A DNA stretch of 64,000 nt, taken from Ptychomitrium polyphyllum (Eukaryota). The DNA lies in assembly GCA_973851085.1 (NCBI GenBank), contig OZ316775.1:22878001-22942000 (forward strand). The letters run 5' to 3'. Positions 52,029 to 64,000 of this stretch are shown here, piece by piece. The notes under the pieces were generated by a model that saw nothing but the letters and a program-made list of their open reading frames with translations, was not told the origin of the DNA and did no database searches. Both the position numbers and the translations under genes were made by a program. Within the stretch, counting starts at the first letter, position 1. Each line of letters begins with the position of its first letter.

Positions 52029-54220
52029 TATGATACAAAAGACTAGGCCTTGCAATCAAGCGTGTGTCATAGGCATATATATTAGAAGCTCCTAGAAAAA
52101 TTCTCAAAAAATTTAAGAAGGCTACAAAAGCTTCTAAGGAAGTTTTCTTGGCTAATAAAGCTTCCAAAAAAATTTCCTTTGCTAAGGAAGCAATTCAAGG
52201 TAGCTTGAATTTAAAGTATTGAATTAGAAATTTCTTTGAGAAGCTTTTAATGCTTATAATTGTAGTATATATAAGACTCAAGGCTAAAGAGATCTTCAAT
52301 CTTGACAACGCATTTCTTGTAGTTTAGCCAAACTTTATAGTTCTATCTTTGTATCTTGTTATAATTCTATGCTTCTAATATACCTTGGAAATACTTTATT
52401 TCATATCTTGGCATCTTAAAGCCTTGCTTTATTGTTACTTTGTCCATAGCAATTTATTAAACCTGTCACACAAGAATATTAGAATTTGGCCTTTTTTAAT
52501 AAATAGTGGATTATCTCTTTTTTTGGAAGTATTGTAGCAGTTTATAGGTTGCAAATTACCTTCTTCTAAATTGATATTATTTTTAAATTATCTAAGTATT
52601 TTATTTACTTAGCCTTGTTTTTATTTTAAATTTTTAAATTTTTCATTTCCATGCCGAGGAATGAAGAAGTTGGTACAACGGATTAAAAATAATCCAAATT
52701 AGATATTATTGTAAAAGCCCTTAAAGCATTGAGAACCAAGACCGAGACTTTATCCAAACAAAATGAAGAACTTTATATGACTAGACATAATGGTCAAAGA
52801 GCAAAAATACCCCAATTGATGTCCCAAGTCACCCTATGTACTCTATTACCTAGACTTGCTTGAATAAATGACGCACAAATTTAACTGGACACTCAATGCT
52901 AATAGCAAAAAAACAAAGAATTAGCCTTTAAGAGAAGTTCAACAGTATGCATTAAAAATTTTAAGGCTTTATAAACCAAATTTAATTGATTACCTTGCTC
53001 CATCCTCAATAATATCCTATAGATGCTTTATGTATTGATTTTGTAAGAACATTATTCTCAGGATAAACATTGTTTTGGTTTGCACTACTTTTTGAAAAGA
53101 ATTCTTTTATACTCAACAATTTTAATGCATTCCTACTCGAGTTTGCAGAAGCATTTGGTGACCATCATAAGCTTCGTTTAATAACCACTAAGATTTGCGC
53201 CCTACGCCAAAGACCACAATCAATGTCAATTTATGCATTGAAATTTCAACAACTTGCATGCAACATCATTAAAGAAAAGAAGCTTCAATGAATCAATTTT
53301 ATTAGGATGTACGTAACAAGGTTAAGGATAATTATTGTCCACGCTGGATCTCCTGACAGATGATGGACCATCAACCAAGCTCTAAAAGGCAATAACCATC
53401 TATTTCAAGGTCGGCAAAATAAGGAGGCTTTGATTATTTTGCGGCCATCTACCAATTTCTTGGTAGCCTTAGTCCCATTCACCTTTGATAAGTATTTGGA
53501 AGCAGAAGCCATGTAAATCAATGCAATTGCTTTCAAGTTCTTTAACACATATGAGAAGAAACTTTGTAAGGAACAAGGTTTGTGTTTGAATTGTGCAAAA
53601 CCTGGCAACAAAATTGATAATTGGTCCAAGAAATCCCTACATATGTACCGGTTGAGGGATACAACCATGGCGCCAAATACTTTACTAGAAAATGAAGATG
53701 TCTAGTAACAATAAAGACCATGCAGCTAGATTTGCTTCTTTTGCAAGCAAAAAATGGTCTTGTTTTTTTAGCTCATTCTTCTTTTTATTTTATTATACCA
53801 ATTTCTTTGAATGTTCAAAAATTCAAAAGCCTTCTTTTGTAGGATTTGGATGCCTCTGTTTGCTTTATTTATAAAGAATTTTTCAAAATCCATAGATTTC
53901 TTTATATCAAAACCTAAGCCCATCCACATAGAAGCCATAAATGGCTAGCTTTTATACTTTACAAATACTATTCATAAGATCACTCCATTAAAAGTAACAT
54001 TAGATAATCATAGTAGCTAAGTGATATTTAATGTCATTAGGTTTTCATCAAGCTCCATCATTTTAGGGCTCTCTTGGCTCAAAAAATACAATTTTGTGTA
54101 TAGATTGGGCAATTCGTAAATTACTTTTCTACACAAAACTTGTAACCGCAAAGCTTAGAGAAGAAACTCATGTATCTTACAGATCTGAAACCATAAAACC
54201 TCTCTTTATTGGAGCTGAAG
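52029..54220 (+). mobile_element. Chromoviral Gypsy 5' half: LTR (52029-52470) + degenerate gag and protease
   Basis: LTR with decayed TGTGACA...TGTCACA ends and TATA at ~52267; gag 'WFALLFEK...FAEAFGD...ALRQRPQSMSIYALKFQQLA'; decayed knuckle 'GLCLNCAKPGNKIDNW'; protease-like remnants at 53820-54120. Confidence 0.8.
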
Positions 54221-54229
54221 CACTATATT

Positions 54230-57100
54230 GGTGATGTTAGGAAAAAAAAATAAGAAGCACATACAAAGTGGTTTTCAAACATTAGCTTTCAAAAACTGAT
54301 AATTAACAAGAATTTATACAAAGACTAGAATAAGGGCATGATATAATATGATCTACAATTTGTGTTGGCAAGATTAAGGTATATCTTGTCTTGCCTCTTA
54401 TTTATACAAAAATGCTTGTATTTTTATAAAATACTTCTAAAAAAGCTACTTATAAAGCTTAAGAATATTTTAGAAGTCTATGGAACTTTCTTAAAAAGCT
54501 TTTAAAGAGGTGGAATGGCTATGGAAGCATAGAATATATTTTTAAAACTACTATAATGTATTAGAAGGTTCTAGAAGATTCAAAAGACTTTATTTCATGA
54601 TCTATGTTCATGACATCACCTCTTCCTTTAGCAACAAGTTCTATAAGGAGTTTTATAATGACTAGCTCGTCACATCTCCACAAATTCCAAAATTTGTTGA
54701 AAAAGAGAAAAACAACGTATTTTGTTTGTAATTTTATGACCAATGCCTCAATTGATCATTGTAAGAAACACCAATGACCATCAACCAAGATTTCTATTAT
54801 TGAAATGTTCCACCCACAAATTGATTTTTATTAAGTTTTTTAAAACATCCTCCAAACAAAATCTTTGATTTTTTCAGAAGCTACTACAACATATTAAAAG
54901 ATTCTAGAAGATTTTAAAGACTCCAATGTATGATATATGTTCGTAACATCACTTCTTCTTTTAGAAACAAGTTCCATGAGGAGATCTTCTCGTGGCTTGC
55001 TCATCACATCTTTACAAATTTCAAAATTTGTTAAAGAATAGAAGCAACATTTCTACTTGTTGTTCTTTACCCACTTGCTCAACTGGTCCTCACAAGGAGC
55101 GCTAGTGACCATCAACCCAAGACCTTTATTGTTGAAATATTTGAGCCTTGAATTTGATCTTGATTGAGTCCTTTAATTCATCCTCCAAACAAGATCTTCG
55201 GTCCTCTAGGAGTGACTCTTCCACATTCTAAGAAGATGACTAAAGCTCAAGCATTTGAATCAAGACTAGAATGTGAAGGTCCACAAGCCAATACTTCTAT
55301 ATGGAATTGCACGTGATGTTGGAATGCCTCTCTTATATCTTGATTTAGATCCTTCGGTACTAAAGGTTGAGAATGTTGAGTTGATTCAATATGTGTTGAT
55401 AGTGGAGAAGGCATGGCCAACTGTTTTTCATGCATATCCATGACAAAACAAAGATTTGACATACTAGCTAGGATCTAGAGATAATCTATCTTCAAAATAT
55501 TATTGCATACAATTGAAGGTTGGATTGGATATTGCTCCTCCCTTCTTATACTTGTCTATGGAAAAATCTTCTTTGTAAAACTAATGACTATTGATTTATC
55601 ATAACACGTCATTAATGATTTGATTTTTGCAGATATCTTTGATGAAATTTTCATATCTTATCACATGCATTTGTCATGTTCATTGAAGGTTCTCATGTTT
55701 GATTATTGATGCCATATCCTTGCTACTGTATATGGTACTCTACACGTCCATTCTTGATGCGTGAATCTAAGATTTCTTTGACTTCATACTCCATTTTATT
55801 ATTGATTTCTATTGGAGGAGGTAGAAAAATGGCCTTCCTTGATATATATGACTTATTGTAGGTTTCTAACAAAGATACATAAAATATTGGATGAATCTGC
55901 ATGGTTGGCGGTAATTTGCGGCAATAATTAACCAAATTTATTTGTTTGCTGATTTCAAACAGTTCTAGCCCTTGATAGTTCAACTTCTTTGATGGTCTTT
56001 TTGTTTGTGTGTTTCATCATAGGATCCATATACTATTTCCATCCTTGAATTTTGAATGGTCCTTTTGATGACAATATCTATGATTTTTTATTAGACTTGG
56101 GTTTACTGGAATTAAAAAGCAAATTTTTGGTGGATTTTAGCAATTTGAGTTGCAAAATCTTCTATTGTAGAACTTCCAACATGCTTCACTTGGAATGGAT
56201 TTGCTCAAGGATAATGGCCATAATTTGTAAAGAACAAAATTTGCGTTGTTGAATAATGTACAATATTATCGTAAGCAAAGTTTGCCAAAGGTAAGAAGTC
56301 CATCCAGTTTTCTTGTTGGTAGTTTATGTTGCAACAAAAGTATTGCTCCAAAATTTGATTTATACGTTCGGCTTAACCATTTGTTTGTAGATGGTGTGTT
56401 GAAGAAAAGTTAATCTTCATATATAACAGCTGAAATATAGCCTACCAAAAGTTGGAGGTGAATTGTAGCCCTTGATTGGATACAATATTATTTGGTAGTT
56501 CATATATGAACTAAATGTGATTAAAGAACAACTTGGTAGTTTCTTCTTCCATTTCCATTATGTTGCATGGAATGAAATGCGCCATTTTAATGAATCAATC
56601 CACCACTATTATGATAGACTCTTTAAATTTGGAATTAAAGAAGTTCGTGATAAAATTCATTTATAATGACAACCATGGATCTTTTGGCATTGGAAGCGGA
56701 TAGAGGAGACCATGAGATTGGTATCTAAGTACTTTGGCCTTTGCACAAGTGTTACATGATGGAATATATTCTTTCATGTATTTCTACATATATGGCCACC
56801 AATAGTCTCTAGCAATCAATTCTATTGTTTTATTGAATCCAAAATGCTCAATTGTTGGAAAATCATGGCATGCTTGAAGGATCTTTAATTGCAAGGATTG
56901 TAGAGGTTGGTATAAAGTTCTTATAATAAAATAGGCCCTCTTGGAATTCAAAGTCTTCATTACTATTAGAAAGATCTCCGTTGTCTTTGAAGCACCTCTT
57001 TATATTTGAAATAAAAATATCATCCATCAAAGGCCTCCAAATTTTGTCAAAACAAGATATTGAGGTGATGGTCACTACTTTCAATTAAAGATTTTGTGAC
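54230..57100 (-). mobile_element. Chromoviral Gypsy 3' half: degenerate integrase + chromodomain followed by LTR-like sequence
   Basis: 55723-55983(-): 'KLPPTMQIHPIFYVSLLETY...PPPIEINNKMEYEVKEILDSRIKNGRVEY' (GPF/Y-region plus chromodomain). Integrase core remnants at 56300-56900, e.g. 'SSTHHLQTNG*AERINQILEQY'. LTR-like 54230-55500 includes a ~330-bp internal duplication (~54560 and ~54891). Confidence 0.85.
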
Positions 57101-58116
57101 CTTACCAAAATAGTGCTTTTATTGATTCAAAACTCATCTCTTAATTTTTTAATATTCTTTCAAGGCACATGGTATAAGTTAGAATAATTGTTGGAAAACT
57201 TGGTAATAGTTTAGAAGTGGCAAAACTTGAGACAAACAAATGCAATGTGTCCAAATAACAACTTTAAAATCTTTTAGATTGTTTCTTTTAACTTGGTGGA
57301 AGTAAAAATGGAGATGTCAATAGGAAATCTATAATTGTCCTTGATTTCTTAGTCTTAGTGCTGCATGAAGAAGAAGTGGTATCCTTTAATATTAAAGCAC
57401 AAATTGGATATTTATTTAAACCACTTGGAAAAAATGGCGCCTATGTGGAAGAAGTGAGATGCAACCACCTATTCCTTAAAACCCCATTATACAATATTTA
57501 AAGTAAGACAAATTTGGTGCACAAAAGAAACAATCTTTTGGTATTTTTTACATTTGCCCAAGAGATTGTATTACATTGGTTTGTAAAGTATTTGGTAAAT
57601 GCATGAATTGCATGGAATACATGCAATATACGATGCATTCTAAACATGGAAGAAGTATTTTGCAAATTCCACAATCAGACATCCTTCTTGGCTCATGACT
57701 GGATACTGGCAACATTTCTTAAGAGAAATCACAACGAGTATGCTAACAGTTCCATCCTATACACTCATGTTTTTATTATATACCAATCTTGATATATAGT
57801 TAAATTAGTTTGTTACTTAAAATAAAAATTTAATTTGAATAATAAAAATTAAAAAACATTTACAAATAATTCATTATATCAACATTTTTTGGTTTCTTCA
57901 TTTTCCATTGAGCAACCCTACTGCCAGAATTACATAATAAGTTTCACTTCCTTGATAACATTTTAACATTTTCTAAAATATATCTTGTCAAACTTTTTTG
58001 AAATTAATTTTTTTCCCTTTTTCTTGAAACAACTATTTCAAAAATCAACTTCCCGAATTGTTTCTCAAGTACACTTAGATTTAAATAGAAACAAATCTAC
58101 TTATGTTACTACTATG

Positions 58117-58222
58117 AAATTGATTGTAGCAGATTCAGAATATTAACATTTTGGTGATTTTCTTACAAATTGTCAGAAAAACCAGCAAATTGTTAATAAC
58201 CTGAATCTGCTACAAGCAATTT
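58117..58222. repeat. Imperfect inverted repeat (~52-bp arms, almost no loop); MITE or miRNA-like hairpin
   Basis: aaattgattgtagcagattcagaatattaacattttggtgattttcttacaa pairs with ttgtcagaaaaaccagcaaattgttaataacctgaatctgctacaagcaattt; 15-bp perfect core ttgtagcagattcag/ctgaatctgctacaa. Confidence 0.85.
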
Positions 58223-58239
58223 TAAATCATATACCAACT

Positions 58240-58800
58240 ATTTCCACATTCTTGATCAAGAGGGTCTTGAGGAGTCAGGACAATCTACACAGAAACAATA
58301 CTAGTGAATGTAGTAACTGGGGAGTCATAGTAAAGCTGTAACTATGGCATGTTTGAGATCTCTTACACAAACTCCCATGATCACTCAAAATGTGCCCATC
58401 AGCAGTCACCCCCTCATAAAACAGCCCTAAAAAAACTACAAACAGTACCACCATTGAATTCACATCATGCACTACAGAGAGTGAGTGTGTCCAAGAGCAG
58501 AAGCATTCATTACAGATACCCATTCCCACCACATTGTCATGGTATACATTCAAATTGCACTACAATGACTAAACTCAATGGTTTGAATTGTTGTAAAAAA
58601 TAAAAATCAATAGTAATACACCTGAAAGTTAGAGTTACCAATGGGTATGAATGGCACTATACTAGGTAAATGATGTTTAATTTATAATTTTTTCTCCATT
58701 ACTGCCTTGCAGCCACAGGTTTTCTGTTACTTATGCAATATCTAGGTGATACTTGGTAATACCACAATGACACTTGGGTGATATGTATGTACATTTGGTT
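58240..58800 (-). mobile_element. Possible LINE APE-endonuclease relic
   Basis: ORF 58275-58553(-) has 'CFCSWTH...HILSDHGSL', resembling the F/YTW...SDH end of L1 endonucleases. Confidence 0.35.
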
Positions 58801-59149
58801 GTAGACGTCAAATTCTTATGCAAACTTGGATGTAAATCTTAAATCTTAATGCAAATTCGCCGACTTGTTTCTTTTGTATTCTAAAAATCCTTTGTGGAAA
58901 AATACCTATTTATCAATCAATTTCTAAGTGTAGCAAAAATGGCTAAAAATAGCAGGAAGGAATACTGCAGTACACAGTCACATCAATTTGTTATGCCCTG
59001 TACTCCAAGAATTCATTTAAAATTACATTGCAACATACTTGCAACAAATCCCACAAACAATAAACCTTACAAATAAACATCCAGTGCTTGAAATTTGTGT
59101 TGGAATAGACCATTGCCAATCGCTCAGGCAATGTATCTCAAGAAACAGC

Positions 59150-59566
59150 CACCTCGGAGGCATGCAAGCCAGGTCGGACAAGACGGTGGCCGCAACGCCA
59201 GGGGGGGCCGCAGAGAGACGCGGGCGGGGGGGCAGTGCACATGTGAGGGCATGGCGCAGCACGCGCACCACCGGCGACCACACCCGCGGCCGCTGTGCTG
59301 CGCCACCACGCTCACTCACCCGCACTCTGTGTCTGCCCACGGTCTCTGCCCACGCACACCCCTTGCGCAGCGCTCCCCTGCCTTTGCACGCATGCGGGGT
59401 TGGGGTTGGAGTTGGGGTTGGGTTGCCTGCCTACACTTCGCTCACACCCCCCCCCCTTCCCTCCCTCCCTGCCTGCCTCCCTCCCTATGTGTTCACTTCC
59501 CCCCCCCCCCCCCACCTCTCTCTCTCTGCCACCCCCTTACAGATCACTTGGACTTGGAATTTCCAA
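59150..59566 (+). promoter_or_regulatory. GC-rich promoter / pyrimidine-rich 5' leader exon of the DENN gene
   Basis: CT-rich tract with poly-C runs ending at a donor AA|GTGAGT (59567), followed by T-rich intron-like sequence up to the acceptor at 61936. Confidence 0.6.
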
Positions 59567-61946
59567 GTGAGTCGCTGTTCACGTTTGGGTTCCCTTTCTT
59601 TACTGGGTTGGGTTATGTGGTTTTCGGAGTTCAAGTGCTTGTATTGGTTGTCGGATTATTGGCTCTCGGGAGTTTAGAGCTCGATCTGCACAGCGTTGAG
59701 CTGTTGATTGGCTTGCTGTGGAGTTCTGGGATTGGTATCAGTGCTGTGCTCTAGTTTCGTGCTCCTCTCTCGGCTCGAGAGGAAGCTCCCTTGTCTTGAG
59801 TGTTCAGTTTTGGCTGGGTTGACCCTGTCAGAGCAAAGGTCGTGCGATTTGACGAGGTCTTTGTTCCTGTTGCTTGAAGAATTTGGGTTGCTTTCTGTTG
59901 ACCGTTTCTCATGGTCTGCAAGATAATCAATTAGTTTCTCAGTTTGCTTTAGCGGTTCGTTCGGAATGTGCACTGTAATGGGGTTCGACTCCTTAGGGAG
60001 GACGGCTGATGAGTAAGTTGGTTTTTCTTTCTGCGAGGGTACTGCTGTTGCAGCAAGGTATATCCAGTGAAAGCTGTGCATCGTCTTGGGCCTTGCTGGG
60101 AATGTTTTCTGTAATTGCTGCTCGCATCGCCCATTGAATGTTTTGCCATTTCCGCCTCCTCACTCTAGCCCCCTTGCGATTTGTGGAAGTTCTTCATTGT
60201 TAGTGTTAACTTCCGAGAGGAAACCTTTTGGCAAGTAGTTGCCGATGGGTGGCGTAGGTGGATTGGGGTAGGGATGTAATTGCTGTACTTGCATAGAAGA
60301 GTATGACAGTTGAGCTGTGAGCAATCGCCTCACGAGGTGTATGTTACTGCCCGTGCTCGATCTCGAGTTGTCCGGAAAGCGAACCGTGACGCCTGCCGGA
60401 CGTTGCTAGATGTATTACTGGAATTCTTATTCTTGCGTACGGTATTTCTGCGACAGAGAGGAAGTCTGCTTGAGCTTCTTTCAGTCGTCGCTGTGCTTAT
60501 ACTTTGTTTTTTTAGAGAGCCATTAATTCTGTAGTCTTGTTTGTTTGATCCCTACACTGTGTTCCCAATTACATATAGCACTTTTTGGTGTTAAAGTGTC
60601 AAGAAGCTTCTTGGGCTGACATTCTTTCGAAATTACTTTTTGTTCTCTCGTGTACTGTCAGGCCTTTCCATTCCAATTCGATGCCTCAAAAACTAGGGGA
60701 TGCTACTTGAATGGAAACCCTAAACATTCTCTTTGAGCGATGCAATCTCTTTCAGCTGGAATGCATTCAATCAGTTTTTGAGTTATAATCTTTTGGTTTA
60801 GCAGTTTGGATATCTGCTGAAAAGCACGCTCATGCTGTTAAGTTGAGGGGATGCATAAGAGGGTATGCGCTTTCATTTTAAACCTAAGTTACTTACACAT
60901 GAATCATAGAGATTTTTTTCTATTACTAAGCTGAAATCGAGAAAAAGCATGATGCATCAGGGGAAACATAGTGAATATCTCTTGCCAAAACTATTTAAAT
61001 TTTCTTGACATCGTTGATAACCTAGGTGAATAATTTGGCTGAGTGGAGTCTTTTGCTACCCTACTTTCCTTCTGCTTGAACCCTCATGACCTGAAGTCAG
61101 TCCCTTCTGAATGAGAAGTTTACATTGGACAAAGCGATTACTGGTCCATGGAAAATATTAACAGTTGATGTGCTTTTTTCTCAGGGAACTACTATCGAGA
61201 TCTGTATACAACTTCTACTGCTGAGTAGAACAATATGCAGAATCACATATGGACCTTCATAGCTTGTGACAAGCTGGTAGTAACTTGCGACTGCCTTGAC
61301 CAGGTCCCAAAGAATTGGTTGCATTCTTTCTACCCAAGGTTGATCCAATAATATGCAGTTATAGTTAGATTACGCAGTGTTGTGTATTCGGAAATAAACC
61401 TAAATTCCTTCTGATGGACGGGAGTTTTATGCATTTGAGATTCTCGTCTCGAGCATGTTGGCAAATTAGCGACTGTGAATTTAGTATTTGAGCCACAGTA
61501 TTCTGAGTTGTGCAGTATAGTCAACAGCAGACAGAGTGTCCGCTGCATTCTAATTGCAGATCCGTCTTGTACTCGAATTGCAATTGCAGGTTTGCTCGAG
61601 TTTGAAATTGGAGCTGAGCTGGTCATTTGTTCACGACTGCCTCTAGAGATCTTGGTTTGTGAGGCCATGGTATATTCAGTTCGAAGGGGAGCCTGTACTG
61701 TAGTGTACGAAATCTTATGGTTTATTTCTATGTCGAAGCAGTTTTTGAATATATATTCTGGGTTCAGCCGAATGTGACAGCTGTTATTTGATATAAGGAA
61801 ACATCTTGGACTAGTTCAGCACGTTTTATTATCTGGATGAGCTGCTATGGATGTCTTGAAAACATTTGTTAGCAGCAAACAATGAGACATGCTCCCAAAG
61901 CCTATATTGGGAATTTTGGTTCATCTTACAATCTAGGAAGGGACCG

Positions 61947-63955
61947 ATGAAGGATGTGATGGCGGAGGAACAGAATCATGTTGTCGAGCGTGAGAAACTC
62001 CATTCGCTGTTCTCTCAAACAACAGAAGAAGAAGCAAGACTTGCCGTTGAGGCGGCAGCTGCAGTGCGACCTCCTCCTTCTATAGTTGTCTCTGTTAAGA
62101 ATCAGCAGAGCTCCACTAGCTTTCTGAGATTGAAGAAGAGTTTTCAGAAAGCTCTGAAATGGCCCAATAATCACAAGGATAGGACCCAGAGAAATTTGTT
62201 CAACCCGGAGGTCCTCACACGTCAAAAGCGACAATGGAGCGAGTCACAGATGAGAGCTTTGGTGAGTTGTGCACTTCCATATTTAGGTTATGCTACTTTA
62301 AGTTAGTATTTACTTTTGGTACGAAAACGCTATTGAGAAAGGTCCAGTATATTTAGAGATTGTTGAGCCTGTGCTGCACCTTCACTGAAGATACAGACTT
62401 AGAATTTTTTGGATCGGAGACCTTACAGCAGTACAACGCTGCTGTTGATTCCGGTAGTGGTAATTAATTTGCTCTTGAAGCGGAATCTAATGTCATTCTA
62501 ACACATCATTGCATTATTGTAGTGGTGGGTAGATATTACTTCCTTTTTAACCCTAATACGTCCCAGTGTTCCAAGTCGCAAAATGCACTGAAGTGATGGC
62601 CTGAGAGCTCATCGTGGACGTTCAAGGGTCAATTCATGAACCACTACCTCTTGAACCCGTTTTGTTGAATTGTTGTTCATACTTGTTAAGAATCGTACTA
62701 GCGTTTAAATTTTCTTAGAAGTAATTGGTATTCTTTGTTCGTCCTGATGTTTGATTAAATTTTATTATCTGCAGGAAAGAAAGCATCAAATGAAGGAACC
62801 TACATCTTTCTTTGAACATTTTGTAGTGGTGGGTCTTCGACCACATTCTGATGTTCAAGCTATAGAAGCTGCGTTTGCTAAGAAAAAGTTATGGCAACGG
62901 GATGGAGAAAAAGCAGGCTTCGATTCTATCAACCACAATGCCTCTACACTTGAACCTGAGGTTGTAGCAACTGTGACCTGCTGCATGCATACTTCATCAT
63001 ATCTTCATACAGTTGGAAGGTTCTAATTGTTAGATGGAGAAGAGTCATCTGTTTGTCAATTTACCTTGTGTTTGCACTCGTGCTCTCACTCTGGTCTAGC
63101 CGGTAGGCAATTAGAATGATATGACTGCTGGTTATTTTTGTGATGTGTTTGTTACGTGTTCATTTATGTGATGTGGTGTATCCTTTCAGGTCCTATTCAA
63201 GTATCCGCTTAGCAAGAGACTTCCCATGAGAAGCAGTGAGCTACCTCACTTTTGCTTTCCCTCAGGAGTTGAGGTACGTCCTTTGTTGCTCTTAAATGCT
63301 TACTATGTGTGTCTTTTTCTGTGCCTCACATGATGTATGTACTTGGAGTAGTCCTGTAGAAGTATTCCCAAAATTTGAAATGTGTAAAATGCCTTCTGAT
63401 GCTTTGTTCTTTTGCTTAAATTATGGCGTGTGCCAGTCTAGTTTGCTTTTGTGAGTTTGTTACATCTTCATTTGGCTATTTGTATTTTGCCAATAGGCAG
63501 AAGGTTGAAGATAACTAGAGCAGCAACTTGTTAGTGTGACTGTCATTTATATGGAGCTGATAATTTTGATGAAACGCAGGCTCGAGTTATGGAGCGGACT
63601 CCATCCATGAGCGAATTGAATGATATTATGTACGGCCAGGTATATATTAATTTTGAAGTAAAGAAGTTGCTGGTAACCTCAAGTCGTATCTGTTACAAGA
63701 CGTTGTGTTTCCTTTTCGAAATGGGTTCAACTTGGTCAGACGTGTGTCAACTGTGGCCGTTAGCTTATTCCTGATTTGACTTCGAGAAGTGTCAGTTTTA
63801 GGATCTTGCAGGGGATTCTCAGACAGCTCTTGACAACACTCGTGCTCATATTTCGATACTTAATTGTTGAATTGAGTCATATTGTAAAAATGTGTGATGT
63901 TTACTTTCAGAGCCATCAAAATCGCGATGATCATTCATTTGTTTTCCTCATTAAG
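61947..63955 (+). CDS. DENN (AEX-3) domain protein, Rab-GEF family, 5' part (uDENN); exons 61947-62261, 62775-62960, 63190-63273, 63580-63639, 63911-63955; continues beyond the window
   Basis: All introns are GT-AG, phase 0. Spliced protein contains FNPEVLTRQKRQW, KEPTSFFEHFVVVGL, LEPEVLFKYP, FCFPSGVEARVMERTPSMSELNDIMYGQ, DDHSFVFLIK, which I recognise as characteristic of plant uDENN proteins (recalled similarity to Arabidopsis At2g20320-type). The start ATG may lie further upstream. Confidence 0.92.
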
Positions 63956-64000
63956 GTTAGTAATGCCTTGTTATTTGTCCTCCATGTTTCTTCTACAGTA

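Noticed and set aside
59023..60149. Long ORFs (212 aa, 219 aa and others) upstream of the DENN gene
   Set aside because: Low-complexity, GC-rich leader and intron sequence open in several frames on both strands; no domain signal.
63956..63998. 43-nt intron ending at CTACAG near the window end
   Set aside because: Unusually short, and the following bases do not start the expected conserved residue; the true acceptor is probably beyond the window.

Overview
Eukaryotic, intron-containing plant DNA. The AT-rich, LTR-littered intergenic space, GC-rich gene leaders and chromoviral Gypsy relics suggest a moss such as Physcomitrium; this is an inference, not checked. Contents: (1) 1-14 kb is a nest of decayed retroelements: a full-length but dead Ty1/Copia element (4478-11299, TSD TGTAT) inserted in a chromoviral Gypsy gag and itself carrying a solo LTR (9648-10809, TSD TGCTT) and a 555-bp insert in its 5' LTR. 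(2) Two direct, almost identical 3.75-kb copies (18330-22084 and 30596-34347) of an unrecognised spliced gene encode a ~311-aa protein with an atypical C2H2-like zinc finger and a basic NLS; the flanks are only faintly homologous, which suggests gene conversion. (3) The most striking observation: in both copies the reading frame continues past a tandem TGA-TGA stop, across an in-phase intron, into a 97-codon segment that is a diverged second copy of the protein's own N-terminal domain. This suggests stop readthrough, unusual splicing or a second cistron. (4) 36-58 kb holds Copia, LINE and chromovirus relics, an orphan GC-rich leader-like island and two hairpins. (5) From ~59 kb is the 5' part of a plant DENN-domain (Rab GEF family) gene that runs off the window end.
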